Shown here piece by piece: positions 12,801 to 28,425 of a stretch of 64,000 nucleotides of DNA (position 1 is the first letter of the stretch; every line of letters starts with the position of its first letter). The notes below the pieces were generated by a model. It searched no databases. It saw only the letters and a program-made list of their open reading frames with translations, and had not been told where the DNA came from. This DNA is from Chrysomallon squamiferum (taxonomy: Eukaryota; Animalia; Mollusca), in the NCBI GenBank assembly GCA_012295275.1, contig CM022671.1, positions 10,416,001 to 10,480,000 of the forward strand, written 5' to 3'. A program made the position numbers and the translations under genes.

Positions 12801-14215
12801 TGGTACTAAGTCATTCTATTAATAATCTCAATATCACTATATGAATTAAGTAATAAAAAAGGATTAAATATTTCTTCAGTCTAATCAAGTGTCGATATTA
12901 ATATATGCATCAAGGATTTGTTAAGCTTAGTTTTCTAAACTGACTAAAAGAGAAAATGAAAGGTTAACTGCCGTAGGTAAGATTTAAAAGAAAAAATAGT
13001 ATGAAGGACATAATCCATACATTCAAATCAGATTGAGTAAATTTTCAACAAAAATATAAAAATCAGCAATAATTTGAAACTATTGGTATGTTTATAAATA
13101 ATTCAAGAAACTACTGAAAACAATGGTTTAAGTATGTATTACCATAATTACAATTTATCTCAATATCACAATGTGAAGTAAGTAATAAAAAACAAAATCT
13201 GTAACATTTATTTTTTTTTTTAAACATTCTTAATTAAGTTTATTTCTCAGGAGTGTAGAGCTTTAGAAATAATAAGCAGCTCAACTACTGTATTTTTATT
13301 ATTATTAATATTGCTGTTATTGTTAGCCATTTTGGTTTTATTCAAATCAAACTGTAGTACTTTAAAGTTTGAAAACTGTACACAAATTGTCAACTAAAAA
13401 TTCTACTAGTAAGTAAGGTAAATATTTCTGATAAGATATTAAAAGCTAAAATGTAAGAACAAATTAATAGACCTTATTTCGGATATTGGAAATTAGAAAC
13501 CATTTTAACTCATAGTTCTCTTTCATCAAAAGAACTGGTGGAATGATTGCACTGATTTCATTGTTGAATTAAGATTAAATATTTTTTCAGACTATTTCAA
13601 TGTTGATATTAAGCTGTGTATCAAGGGTTTGTTGTTAAGCATACTCTTCTAAACTGATTAAAATAGAAAATAATAAATAATAAATCATATTGTTAAAAAT
13701 GAATAAATAATAAAAGTTTAACTGCAGTAGGTAAGATTTAAAAAAATATATATATATTATGATGGAAACAATCGACAAATGCAAATCAGATTGAGTAAAA
13801 TTTTCAAATAAAATATAAAAGTCACTTAGCATTAATTTGAATGAGAGGGTATATTCATAGATAATTCAAGAAACTACTGAAAACAATGGTTAAAGCATGT
13901 ATTATCATAAATACAATTTATCTAACTGGTACTAAGTCATTCTATTGTAATCTCAATATCACAAAATGAACTAAGTAATAAAAAAAGGATTAAATATTTC
14001 TTCATTCTAATCAAGTGTCGATATTAATATATGATTAAGGATTTGTTAAGCTTAGTTTTCTAAACTGACTAATAGAGAAAATAATAAATAATAAAATATA
14101 TATTATTAAAAATAAATAAATTATAAAACTTTAGTCCGTCATTAAGATTTAAAATAAAATAAATACAGCATGAAGGAAACAATGCAAAAATTCAAATCAG
14201 ACTGAGTTACATTTT

Positions 14216-14262
<47 letters not shown>

Positions 14263-14404
14263 AGCATTGCTTTGAAACTACTGTTCTATTTACATATAAT
14301 TCAAGAAACTATTGAAAATAATAGATCAAGTAAGTTTTATTATGATAACAGTTTATCAGATCCTATGACATTCTATCATAATCTCAAAAACAACACCTAA
14401 TTTT

Positions 14405-14660
14405 CACTACCAGAAAGGAGAAATGACAAGCAGGGATATTATAAATTTAAAAATATAAAATAATGACATCAGTAATATTGCACTGCCCGTGATATTATTG
14501 ATATATTGGTAATGATCTCAAATTTGACAGACGTGTTAGAGATCAGCTGCTCAATCTCTAACAGACTTGTCCATTAACTAAATCTGTTATAAATTCATTG
14601 ATTTTATTTAGTTAATTTCTTCTTTTACCTGCTTTGTCAAATTTCCTTTTTCTTGGAGTG
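14405..14660 (+). mobile_element. 256-bp fold-back cassette, copy 2
   Basis: Near-identical to 9568-9823. Confidence 0.6.
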
Positions 14661-15882
14661 AATATAACTTTTAAAAACAATGAATTAAAATAATAAATAA
14701 GAATCAAATTAAATTGCATTTAAAATGACTTTGCTTTTTGTGAATCATTCACTGTTTCTGCCAATAGCCGAGCATTGTTTCCAATTGCTGTAATGTTACA
14801 CATTTATTCAGACATTTCTGATTAAATCATTCACATTCTTAAAGTTTTGTTTAACTCATAGTTAACTTATCTTTTCAGATTTTTTGGAAATATAATGTAA
14901 ACTAAGTAATAAAGAAAAAACCATTCTGTAACATTAATTTTTGTTTAAAAGCCTCAATTAATCTTGTTTTTCAGGAGTATAGAGGTTAAGAAAATATAAT
15001 CAAGTGAACTACTATATTTTTATTATTATTATTATTTAGCAATTCTTTTCTATAGTACATTAAATTTTGAAAATAGTGTAGAGAAATTGAAAATAGAAAA
15101 TTACCGAACTATGTAAGATTAAAATCTAAAAGGTAACAACAAATTAATAGATCTTATTTCGGATATTAGAAATTAGAAACCATTTTAACTCATAGTTCTC
15201 TTTCATGAAAAGAACTGCTGAAATGATTGCACTGATTTCATTGTTGAAGTAAGATTAAATATTTCTTCAGACTATTTCAATGTTGATATTAATCTGTGTA
15301 TCAAGGGTTTGTTGTTAAGCGTAGTCTTCTAAACTGATTAAAATAGAAAATAATAAATAATAAATCTTATTATTAAAAATGAATAAATAATAAAAGTTTA
15401 ACTGCAGTAGGTAAGATTTAAAAAAAAAAAAAAATATATATATTATGATGGAAACAATCCACAAATGCAAATCAGATTGAGTAAAATTTTCAACGAAAAT
15501 ATAAAAATCACTTAGCATTAATTTGAAACTAAGGGTATATTCATAGATAATTCAAGAAACTACTGAAAACAATGGTTTAAGCATGTATTACCATAAATAC
15601 AATTTATCTAACTGGTACTAAGTCATTCTATTGTAATCTCAATATCATCACTATATGAATTAAGTAAAAAAAAAAGGATTAAATATTTCTTCAGTCTAAT
15701 CAAGTGTCGATATTAATATATGCATCAAGGATTTGTTAAGCTTAGTTTTCTAAACTGACTAAAAAAAAGAAAATGAAAGGTTAACTAAATTAAAAAGAAA
15801 GGTAAGATAAAAAAAAAAAATAAAAAAAAAATAGTATGAAGGACATAATCCATACATTCAAATCAGATTGAGTTAAATTTTC

Positions 15883-15913
<31 letters not shown>

Positions 15914-18282
15914 AGCATTAATTTGAAACTATTGGTATGTTTATAAATAATTCAAGAAACTACTGAAAACAATGGTTTAAGTATGTATTACCATAATTAC
16001 AATTTATCTCAATATCACAATGTGAAGTAAGTAAAAAAAAACAAAATCTGTAACATTAATTTTTTTTTTTTTTTTAAACATTCTTAATTAAGTTTATTTT
16101 CAGGAGTGTAGAGCTTTTTAGAAATAATAAGCAGCTCAACTACTGTATTTTTATTATTATTAATATTGTTGTTATTGTTAGCCATTTTGGTTTTATTCAA
16201 ATCAAACTGTAGTACTTTAAAGTTTGAAAACTGTACACAAATTGTCAAAAAAAAAAAAATAAAAAACTACTAAGTAAAAGGTAAATATTTCTGATAATAT
16301 TATTAATTTATTCAAAAAAATATTAAAAGCTAAAATGTAAGAACAAATTAATAGACCTTATTTCGGATATTGGAAATTAGGAACCATTTTAACTCATAGT
16401 TCTCTTTCATCAAAAGAACTGCTGAAATTATTGCATTGATTTCATTGTTGAAGTAAGATTAAATATTTTTTCAGACTATTTCAATGTTTTATTAATCTAT
16501 TCAAGGGTTTGTTGTTTTTGTTTCTAAACTGGGTTTGTTGTTAAAATAGTCTTCTAAACTGAATAAATTAAAATAGAATATAATAAATAATAAATCATTT
16601 TCAAAAAATGAATAAAAATAAAAAAAAAAAAAAAAACTGCAGTAGGTAAAAATTTAAAAAAAAAAATATATAATGATGGAAACAATCCACAAATGCAAAT
16701 CAGATTGAGTAAAATTTTCAACTAAAATATAAAAATCACTTAGCATTAATTTGAAACTAAGGGTATATTCATAGATAATTCAAGAAACTATTGAAAACAA
16801 TGGTTAAAGCATGTATTACCATAAATACAATTTATCTAACTGGTACTAAGTCATTCTATTGTAATCTCAATATCAAAAATATTATATGAATTAATTGATA
16901 AAAAAAGGATTAAATATTTCTTCAGTCTAATCAAGTGTCGATATTAATATATGCATCAAGGATTTGTTAAGCTTAGTTTTCTAAACTGACTAAAAGAGAA
17001 AATGAAAGGTTAACTGTTAAAAAAAATAAATAATAAAAGGTAAGATTTAAAAAGAAAAAAAATAGTATGAAGGACATAATCCATACATTCAAATCAGATT
17101 GAGTTAAATTTTCAACAAAAATATAAAAATCAGCAATAATTTGAAACTATTGGTATGTTTATAAATAATTCAAGAAACTACTGAAAACAATGGTTTAAGT
17201 ATGTATTACCATAATTACAATTTATCTCAATATCACAATGTGAAGTAAGTAATAAAAAACAAAATCTGTAACATTAATTTTTTTTTTTAAACATTCTTAA
17301 TTAAGTTTATTTCTCAGGACTATAGAGCTTTAGAAATAATAAGCAGCTCAACTACTGTATTTTTATTATTATTAATATTGCTGTTATTGTTAGCCATTTT
17401 GGTTTTATTCAAATCAAACTGTAGTACTTTAAAGTTTGAAAACTGTACACAAATTGTCAACTAAAAATTCTACTAGTAAGTAAGGTAAATATTTCTGATA
17501 AGATATTAAAAGCTAAAATGTAAGAACAAATTAATAGACCTTATTTCGGATATTGGAAATTAGAAACCATTTTAACTCATAGTTCTCTTTCATCAAAAGA
17601 ACTGGTGGAATGATTGCACTGATTTCATTGTTGAATTAAGATTAAATATTTTTTCAGACTATTTCAATGTTGATATTAAGCTGTGTATCAAGGGTTTGTT
17701 GTTAAGCATACTCTTCTAAACTGATTAAAATAGAAAATAATAAATAATAAATCATATTGTTAAAAATGAATAAATAATAAAAGTTTAACTGCAGTAGGTA
17801 AGATTTAAAAAAATATATATATATTATGATGGAAACAATCGACAAATGCAAATCAGATTGAGTAAAATTTTCAAATAAAATATAAAAGTCACTTAGCATT
17901 AATTTGAATGAGAGGGTATATTCATAGATAATTCAAGAAACTACTGAAAACAATGGTTAAAGCATGTATTATCATAAATACAATTTATCTAACTGGTACT
18001 AAGTCATTCTATTGTAATCTCAATATCACAAAATGAACTAAGTAATAAAAAAAGGATTAAATATTTCTTCATTCTAATCAAGTGTCGATATTAATATATG
18101 ATTAAGGATTTGTTAAGCTTAGTTTTCTAAACTGACTAATAGAGAAAATAATAAATAATAAAATATATATTATTAAAAATAAATAAATTATAAAAATTTA
18201 GTCCGTCATTAAGATTTAAAATAAAATAAATACAGCATGAAGGAAACAATGCAAAAATTCAAATCAGACTGAGTTACATTTT

Positions 18283-18329
<47 letters not shown>

Positions 18330-18471
18330 AGCATTGCTTTGAAACTACTGTTCTATTTACATATAATTCAAGAAACTATTGAAAATAATAGATCAAGTAA
18401 GTTTTATTATGATAACAGTTTATCAGATCCTATGACATTCTATCATAATCTCAAAAACAACACCTAATTTT

Positions 18472-18727
18472 CACTACCAGAAAGGAGAAATGACAAGCAG
18501 GGATATTATAAATTTAAAAATATAAAATAATGACATCAGTAATATTGCACTGCCCGTGATATTATTGATATATTGGTAATGATCTCAAATTTGACAGACG
18601 TGTTAGAGATCAGCTGCTCAATCTCTAACAGACTTGTCCATTAACTAAATCTGTTATAAATTGATTGATTTCATTTAGTTAATTTCTTCTTTTACCTGCT
18701 TTGTCAAATTTCCTTTTTCTTGGAGTG
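18472..18727 (+). mobile_element. 256-bp fold-back cassette, copy 3
   Basis: Near-identical to 9568-9823. Confidence 0.6.
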
Positions 18728-21397
18728 AATATAACTTTTAAAAATAATGAATTAAAATAATAAATAAAAATCAAATTAAATTGCATTTAAAATGACTTTG
18801 CTTTTTGTGAATCATTCACTGTTTCTGCCAATAGCCGAGCATTGTTTCCAATTACTGTAATGTTACACATTTATTCAGACATTTCTCATTAAATCATTCA
18901 CATTCTTAAAGTTTTGTTTAACTCATAGTTAACTTATCTTTTCAGATGTTTTGGAAATATAATGTAAACTAAGCAATAAAGAAAAAAACCATTCTGTAAC
19001 ATTAATTTTTGTTTAAAAGCCTCAATTAATCTTGTTTTTCAGGAGTATAGAGGTTAAGAAAATATAATCAAGTGAACTACTATATTTTTATTATTATTAT
19101 TATTTAGCAATTCTTTTCTATAGTACATTAAATTTTGAAAATAGTGTAGAGAAATTGAAAATTGAAAATTACCGAAGTATGTAAGATTAAAATCTAAAAG
19201 GTAACAACAAATTAATAGACCTTATTTCGGATATTAGAAATTAGAAACCATTTTAACTCATAGTTCTCTTTCATGAAAAGAACTGCTGAAATGATTGCAC
19301 TGATTTCATTGTTGAAGTAAGATTAAATATTTCTTCAGACTATTTCAATGTTGATATTAATCTGTGTATCAAGGGTTTGTTGTTAAGCGTAGTCTTCTAA
19401 ACTGATTAAAATAGAAAATAATAAATAATAAATCTTATTATTAAAAATGAATAAATAATAAAAGTTTAACTGCAGTAGGTAAGATTTAAAAAAATATATA
19501 TATTATGATGGAAACAATCCACAAATGCAAATCAGATTGAGTAAAATTTTCAACTAAAATATAAAAATCACTTAGCATTAATTTGAATGAGAGGGTATAT
19601 TCATAGATAATTCAAGAAACTACTGAAAACAATGGTTTAAGCATGTATTACCATAAATACAATTTATCTAACTGGTACTAAGTCATTCTATTGTAATCTC
19701 AATATCACAATATGAACTAAGTAATAAAAAAAGGATTAAATATTTCTTCAGTCTAATCAAGTTTCTATATTAATATATGCATCAAGGATTTGTTTAGCTT
19801 AGTTTTCTAAACTGACTAAAAGAGAAAATAATAAATAATAAAATATATATTATTAAAATTAAATGCAAAATTCAAAAGAAAAAATAAAAAAAAAAAAAAA
19901 AAAAAAAAAAAATAATTTAGAAAAAATTTATTTCGGTCATTAAGATTTAAATGTATTACCATAAATACAAAAATAAATACAGAATGAAGGATTAAAATGC
20001 AAACATTCAAATCAGATTGAGCTAAATTTTAAAATAGAAAAAAAAAAAAAAAAAAAAAAAAAAATAAATAAATTAAAAAATTTTGAAGAAATGCAAAAAT
20101 TCTAACATTGAAAAAAAAAAAAAAAAAAAAAAAAAAAATAGCATTCCTTTGAAACTACTGTTCTATTTACATATAATTCAAGAAACTACTGAAAACAATG
20201 GTTTAAGCATGTATTACCATAAATACAATTTATCTAACTGGTACTAAGTCATTCTATTGTAATCTCAATATCACTATATGAATTAAGTAATAAAAAAAGG
20301 ATTAAATATTTCTTCATTCTAATCAAGTGTCGATATTAATATATGCATCAAGAATTTGTTAAGCTTAGTTTTCTAAACTGTCTAAAAGAGAAAATGAAAG
20401 GTTAACTGCCGTAGGTAAGATTTAAAAGAAAAAATAGTATGAAGGACATAATCCATACATTCAAATCAGATTGAGTTAAATTTTCAACAAAAATATAAAA
20501 ATCAGCAATAATTTGAAACTATTGGTATGTTTATAAATAATTCAAGAAACTACTGAAAACAATGGTTTAAGTATGTATTACCATAATTACAATTTATCTC
20601 AATATCACAATGTGAAGTAAGTAATAAAAAACAAAATCTGTAACATTAATTTTTTTTTTTAAACATTCTTAATTAAGTTTATTTCTCAGGAGTCTAGAGC
20701 TTTAGAAATAATAAGCAGCTCAACTACTGTATTTTTATTATTATTAATATTGCTGTTATTGTTAGCCATTTTGGTTTTATTCAAATCAAACTGTAGTACT
20801 TTAAAGTTTGAAAACTGTACACAAATTGTCAACTAAAAATTCTACTAGTAAGTAAGGTAAATATTTCTGATAAGATATTAAAAGCTAAAATGTAAGAACA
20901 AATTAATAGACCTTATTTTGGATATTAGAAATTAGGAACCATTTTAACTCATAGTTCTCTTTCATCAAAAGAACTGCTGAAATTATTGCACTGATTTCAT
21001 TGTTGATGTAAGATTAAATATTTCATCAGACTATTTCAATGTTGATATTAATCTGTGTATCAAGGGTTTGTTGTTAAGCGTAGTCTTCTAAACTGATTAA
21101 AATAGAAAATAATATATAATAAATCATATTGTTAAAAATGAATAAATAATAAAAGTTTAACTGCAGTAGGTAAGATTTAAAAAAATATATATATTATGAT
21201 GGAAACAATCCACAAATGCAAATCAGATTGAGTAAAATTTTCAACTAAAATATAAAAATCACTTAGCATTAATTTGAATGAGAGGGTATATTCATAGATA
21301 ATTCAAGAAACTACTGAAAACAATGGTTAAAGCATGTATTACCATAAATACAATTTATCTAACTGGTACTAAGTCATTCTATTGTAATCTCAATATC

Positions 21398-21597
21398 NNN
21401 NNNNNNNNNNNNNNNNNNNNNNNNNNNNNNNNNNNNNNNNNNNNNNNNNNNNNNNNNNNNNNNNNNNNNNNNNNNNNNNNNNNNNNNNNNNNNNNNNNNN
21501 NNNNNNNNNNNNNNNNNNNNNNNNNNNNNNNNNNNNNNNNNNNNNNNNNNNNNNNNNNNNNNNNNNNNNNNNNNNNNNNNNNNNNNNNNNNNNNNNN
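21398..21597. other. Assembly gap (200 N)
   Basis: Run of N. Confidence 1.
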
Positions 21598-21920
21598 GCT
21601 TAGTCTTCTAAGCTGACTAAATGAGAAAATAATAAATAATAAAACATATATTATTAAAAATAAATTATAAAAATTTAGTCACAGTCATTAAGATTTACAA
21701 AAAAAATACAGTATGAAGGAAACAATGCAAATATTAAAATCAGACTGAGCTACAGTTTGAACAAAAAAAAAATCAACTTCCATTGCTTTGAAACTGCTGT
21801 TATATTTATATATCATTCAAGAAACTACTCGAAATAATACATCAAATATGTATTATTATGATTACAGTTTATCAGATCCTATGACATTCTAGCATAAACT
21901 CAAAAACAACACTTACTTTT

Positions 21921-22176
21921 CACTACCAGAAAGGAGAAATGACAAGCAGGGATATTATAAATTTAAAAATATAAAATAATGACATCAGTAATATTGCACT
22001 GCCCGTGATATTATTGATATATTGGTAATGATCTCAAATTTGACAGATGTGTTAGAGATCACCTGCCAATCTCTAACAGACTTGTCCATTAACTAAATCT
22101 GTTATAAATTCATTGATTTCTTATAGTTAATTTCTTCTTTTACCTGCTTTGTGACATTTCCTTTTTTCTTGGTGTG
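21921..22176 (+). mobile_element. 256-bp fold-back cassette, copy 4 (variant, loop CACCTGCCA)
   Basis: Same ends and hairpins. Confidence 0.6.
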
Positions 22177-24754
22177 GATATTTATTTAAAAAATAATGAG
22201 TTAAAATAATAAATAAGAATCAAATCAAATTGCATTTGAAATAACTTCATTTTTGTGAATCATTGACTGTTTCTGCCAATAGCTGAGCATTGTTTCCAAT
22301 TGCTGTAATGTTACACATTTATTCAGACATTTCTGATTAAATCATTCACATTCTTAAAGTTTTGTTTAACTCATAGTTAACTAATCTTTTCAGATTTTAT
22401 GGAAATATAATTAAACTAAGTAATAAAAAAAACAATTATTTTTTGTTTAAAAGTGACTAAAAGAGAAAAAAATAATGAAATATATATTATTAAGAATAAA
22501 TAAATTATAAAAATTTACTAGAAGTAAACAAACAAAAACAAACCGCACCTTAAAAACAAACAAATTCAAACCAAAATTTAAATAGAAAGTAAATAAAAAG
22601 CAAACCCTCAAAAACATATCAGCTTGATTCACTGTAATTGAGTTTGTAGACAGTTAAATAACACCAACAAATAAAAAATAAATAAAAACAAACCCAAAAC
22701 ACAATTGCGTTTGTAGACAGTTAAATAATAGTAAGAAATACTCAAAGCAAATAAAAAATAAAATAACAAAAACAAACCCAAAATACATAACAGCCTGAAT
22801 AAGATAGTGCAATCCAGAGTGTGGACGATAAAATAACAGTCATATACTAAAGCAAATAAACAAAAATGAAAAATAAAAAGAAGCCTGAATCAGATACTAT
22901 TATCAAGTGTGTAGACAATAAGAAACAACAATAAGATGATAAATAAATAAATAAAATAAATAGAAACAAGTTAAAAAACAAAATATAGTAATCAAAAAAC
23001 AAATGCCAAAAACTTAATAGACTGTATCAGATACTGTTATACTATGTGTAGGCAATAAAAACAAAAACAAACAAAATTAATAGATAAAAAAGGAACACAA
23101 AAGTGTAAAAACATAACGGCCTGAATCAGATACTGTAATTTAATATAGACTAAAAAAAATAAAAATAAAAACAATAACAGCAAATAAACAGGAAAATAAA
23201 AGAAAGGCGAAAATAAATTTATAAAAAGGCATATAAAAAAAAAAACAATCACTGCCGCACCAAAGAAAAAATTTAAAAATTTAAGAAAACAATTAAAATA
23301 ATAATAACCTGAATCAGATATTTTTATGCAAGGTGTAGACAATAAAAAGAAGCATGTTATTTGTACTACTAGGGTGGGTGGAAATGATGTAACTTAACAA
23401 ACAGCCTGAAATCTTACTGTAAAGATGGTGTAATCAAGTGTGTAGACAATAAAATAAAAAAGAGAAAATATAAAAGTAATATATCAATTAAAATTAAAAT
23501 TAAAAAACTAACCGAAAAGACAGAGCAAAGAGCCTGAATCAGATACTGTTATTTAACGTCTGGACAATAATAATAATAAAACATACTGAAAGCAAGTTAA
23601 TAAACAAACCACATGATTTAGATACTACAAAACAACCCGAATGTCTTACTGTTATAACATAAACTAATATAATCTGCTTAGATCAAATAAGCTATCATGT
23701 GTGCACATGTGTATATGAAAACAAACAGAACTGAAAAGCCTGAATCAGATACTACAATCCAGTGTTTAGACAATAAAAATAAATACTAAAAGCAATTGAT
23801 AGAAAAAACTCAGAAAAAGTAAATAAATTGTAAACCAAAATGCCTGAATCAGACAAACAACAATAGTTTAAATATGTATTACCATAATTACAATTTATCA
23901 AAACTGATACAAAGACATTATATCGTAATCTCAATATCATAATGTGAACTAAGTAAGAGAAAAGAAAACAATTCTGTAACATTAATTTTTGTTTACAAAC
24001 CTCATAATTAAGTTTATTTATCTGTAACATACAGCTTTGGAAATTATAATCAACCGAACTATTACATTATTACTAATGTTGTTATTAATGTTCTTGTTAT
24101 TTTTGTAGCCATTTTTTAAATTATTATTCGAATGAAACTGTAAATTTTCAAAACAGTATACAGAAATAGAAAATTAAAAATTATAAAACTATGTAACATA
24201 TATATCTCTCACAGATTAAAATCTAAAATGTAAGAAAAAATAATAAAAATAACAACATTAGAAAGCTCATTCAGGATAATAGAAGTTTGAACCCGATTTA
24301 ACTGATAGTTCTCTTTAATCAAAAGAACTGCTGAAATCATTGCACTAATTTCATTATTCAAGTAAGATTAAATATTTCTTCATACTAATCCAGTGTCGAT
24401 ATTAATCCGTGCAACAAGCATTTGTTGTTGAGCTTAGTCTTCTAAACTGACTAAAAGACAAAATAGTAAATAATAAAACAGATATTGTTAAAAATAAATT
24501 ATAAAAATGTACTCACAGTCATTAAGATTCTAAAAAAAATACAGTAAGAAGGAAACAATGCAACGCTTCTAATCAGACTGAGTTACATTTTGAACAAAAC
24601 AGAAAATCAATTAGCATTGCTTTGAAACTACTGTTATATTTATATATAATTCAAGAAACTACTCGAAATAATACATCAAGTATGTTTTATTATGATTACA
24701 GTTTATCAGATCCTATGACATTCTATCATAAACTCAAAAACAACACTTACTTTT

Positions 24755-25010
24755 CACTACCAGAAAGGAGAAATGACAAGCAGGGATATTATAAATTTAA
24801 AAATATAAAATAATGACATCAGTAATATTGCACTGCCCGTGATATTATTGATATATTGGTGATGATCTCAAATTTGACAGACGTGTTAGAGATCACCTGC
24901 CAATCTCTAACAGACTTGTCCATTAACTAAATCTGTTATAAATTCATTGATTTCTTATAGTTAATTTCTTCTTTTACCTGCTTTGTGACATTTCCTTTTT
25001 TCTTGGTGTG
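24755..25010 (+). mobile_element. 256-bp fold-back cassette, copy 5
   Basis: Same ends and hairpins. Confidence 0.6.
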
Positions 25011-27696
25011 GATATTTATTTAAAAAATAATGAGTTAAAATAATAAATAAGAATCAAATAAATTGCATTTGAAATAACTTCATTTTTGTGAATCATTGAC
25101 TGTTTCTGCCAATAGCTGAGCATTGTTTCCAATTGCTGTAATGTTACACATTTATTCAGACATTTCTGATTAAATCATTCACATTCTTGAAGTTTTGTTT
25201 AACTCATAGTTAACTAATCTTTTCAGATTTTATGGAAATATAATTAAACTAAGTAATAAAAAAAAACAATTATTTTTGTTTAAAAGTGACTAAAAGAGAA
25301 AAAATAATGAAATATATATTATTAAGAATAAATAAATTATAAAAATTTACTAGAAGTAAACAAACAAAAACAAACCGCACCTTAAAAACAAACAAATTCA
25401 AACCAAAATTTAAATAGAAAGTAAATAAAAAAGCAAACCCTCAAAAACATATCAGCTTGATTCACTGTAATTGAGTTTGTAGACAGTTAAATAATACCAA
25501 CAAATAAAAATAAAAATAAACCCAAAACACAATTGCGTTTGTAGACAGTTAAATAATAGTAAGAAATAATAAAAAGCAAATAAAAATAAAATAATAAAAA
25601 CAAATCCAAAATACATAACAGCCTGAATAAGATACCCTGAGAAAACACTAACTTAGACGTACAAAAAAACACCACAAAAACCCATAAAATTAGCAAATGC
25701 ACAAATCACATACTGTTGTCCAATATGCAGCCAATAGAAACAGCTACAGATACTAAAAAGCTAGCAAATAATAAAACAAACTCAAAATACATAACAACCT
25801 GAATTAGATACTTGATCCAATCTGTAGACAATAAACAAGAGCTACCAAAAGCAAATTACACCCAAGAAGATCAAATTAGTAAAACAATAAATAAATAAAT
25901 AAATTACAGCCTGAATGACATGCCCAGTGTATAGATAATAAAATATATTAATTTATTCCAATTGGATAAAAAAAATGAAAATAAAAAGATAAAAAAAAAA
26001 TAATTTTGTTTAAAAGCAAACAAACACAACAAAAATAAATATATAAAAACAATAATAAAATGAAATATAAGCCCACTAAAATATAACAACAAACAGCCTT
26101 AATCAGATAATACAATCCAGTGTGTAAACAATAAAATATACTGACTACAAATATTTTTTTTAAAACTCAGGAGAAAGCCTGAATCAGACAATAAAACAAC
26201 CAGATTTCACAACTAAACAAAAGAAACAAGAAACAAACAAAACCTGGATTCCTAATTCAGTACTATTGTAGACAATGAAAAACAGATACAAATAGAAAAC
26301 AAAACTAAAAAACAAACTCCCACCAATGAAAAGGGAAAAGCCTGAATCTCATATTGTTAACAATGTGTAGACAATGAAAAAGAACAGATACCAAAATGAA
26401 AATACAAAAACAAAACATATAAAGAAAAAGAAAACTGAAAAAACAACACCCCCAAATATGTAATCAAATGCCTCAATCACATATTAACAATGTGTAGACA
26501 ATAATTTGTTTTAAATATTACAAGTAAACCAAAAAATAACACATAAAACAAACTCCAAAAAGACCATTAAAAAATACAACCTGAATCCCTAATTCCATTC
26601 TATTTTGCAATATGTAGTCAATGAAAAGGAAAACAATGAGATAGTAAAAGAAAGTTAGAAAAGGAAACAAAAACAAATCAAAAATTAAAATCTGAGAGTA
26701 AAAGACAACATACTAAAAGAGAATGAAATAAACAAACTAAAACTAGAAAAAACCTCCCATTATCCCCAAAAAGCATGAATCACATACTGTTATCCAGTGT
26801 ATAAACAATAAAATTTGTTTAAAAATCATTAATAAAAAAAAAAATTAATAAAAAGGTAAAAAACACACCAAGAAAACTAAAATATAAAAAAAAAAAAAAG
26901 AAAACCCCAAAATGTAACAAAAAAAGCTTGAATCCGATAGTGTAATCCAGAGTGTGGACGATAAAATAACAGTCATATACTAAAGCAAATAAACAAAAAT
27001 GAAAAGTAAAAAAGAAGCCTGAATCAGATACTATTATCAAGTGTGTTGACAATAAGAAACAACAATAAGATGATAAATAAATAAATAAAATAAATAGAAA
27101 CAAGTTAAAAAACAAAATATAGTAATCAAAAACAAATGCCAAAAACTTAATAGACTGTATCAGTTACTGTTATACTATGTGTAGGCAATAAAACAAAAAA
27201 CAAACAAAATAAATACATAAAAAAGGAACACAAAAGTTTAAAAACATAACGGCCTGAATCAGATACTGTAATTTAATATAGACTATAAAAAAAAAAAAAA
27301 AACAAACAATAAAAAGCAAATAAACAGGAAAATAAAAAAAAAGGTGAAAATAAATTTATAAAAAGACATGAAAAAACAAACACAATCACTGCCCCACCAA
27401 ACAAAAAAAAAAAAAAAAAAAAAAAATAATAATAACCTGAATCAGATATTGTTATGCAATGTGTAGACAATAAAAAATAGCATATTATTTGTACTACTGG
27501 GGTGAGTGGAAATGATGCAACTTAACAAACAGCCTGAAATCTTACTGTAAAGATGGTGTAATCAAGTGTGTAGACAATAAAATAAAAAAGAGAATTGATT
27601 ATAAAAGTAATATATAAATTAAAATTAAAATTAAAAAACTAACCCAGAAGACAGAGCAAAGAGCCTGAATCAGATACTGTTATTTAACATCTGGAC

Positions 27697-27732
<36 letters not shown>

Positions 27733-28169
27733 CATACTGAAAGCAAGTTAATAAACAAACCACATGATTCAGATACTACAAAACAACCCGAATGTCTTAC
27801 TGTTATAACATAAACTAATATAATCTGCTTAGATCAAATAAGCTATCATGTATGCACATGTGTATATGAAAACAATCATATAACAAATAAAACACATATT
27901 ATTAAAAATAAATTATAAAAATTTAGTCCACAGTCATTAAGATTCTAAAAAAAATACAGTAAGAAGGAAACAATGCAACACTTCTAATCAGCCTGAGTTA
28001 TATTTTGAACAAAACAGAAAATCAATTAGCATTGCTTTGAAACTACTGTTATATTTACATATAATTCAAGAAACTACTCGAAATAATACATCAAGTATGT
28101 ATTATTATGATTACAGTTTATCAGATCCTATGACATTCTATCATAATCTGAAAAACAACACCTAATTTT

Positions 28170-28425
28170 CACTACCAGAAAGGAGAAATGACAAGCAGGG
28201 ATATTATAAATTTAAAAATATAAAATAATGACATCAGTAATATTGCACTGCCCGTGATATTATTGATATATTGGTAATGATCTCAAATTTGACAGACGTG
28301 TTAGAGATCACCTGCCAATCTCTAACAGACTTGTCCATTAACTAAATCTGTTATAAATTCATTGATTTCTTATAGTTAATTTCTTCTTTTACCTGCTTTG
28401 TGACATTTCCTTTTTTTTTGGAGTG
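28170..28425 (+). mobile_element. 256-bp fold-back cassette, copy 6
   Basis: Same ends and hairpins. Confidence 0.6.

Larger units (their letters stand above)
7690..21397 (+). repeat. Complex AT-rich satellite (family A) with a ~4.07-kb higher-order unit built from diverged sub-kb monomers
   Basis: Identical spurious ORFs at 13635 and 17702, and cassettes at 14405 and 18472, are each 4067 bp apart. Recurring motifs TTCAAGAAACTACTGAAAACAATGG and CAAATCAGATTGAGT. Further blocks at about 1-350, 2880-3480, 21598-22500, 23870-25330, 27880-28790 and 37450-39020. Confidence 0.9.

Noticed and set aside
13635-17899. Repeated 65-67-aa MLSDFYI... ORFs as a gene family
   Set aside because: Satellite sequence with a non-ATG start; the frame is broken in other monomers.
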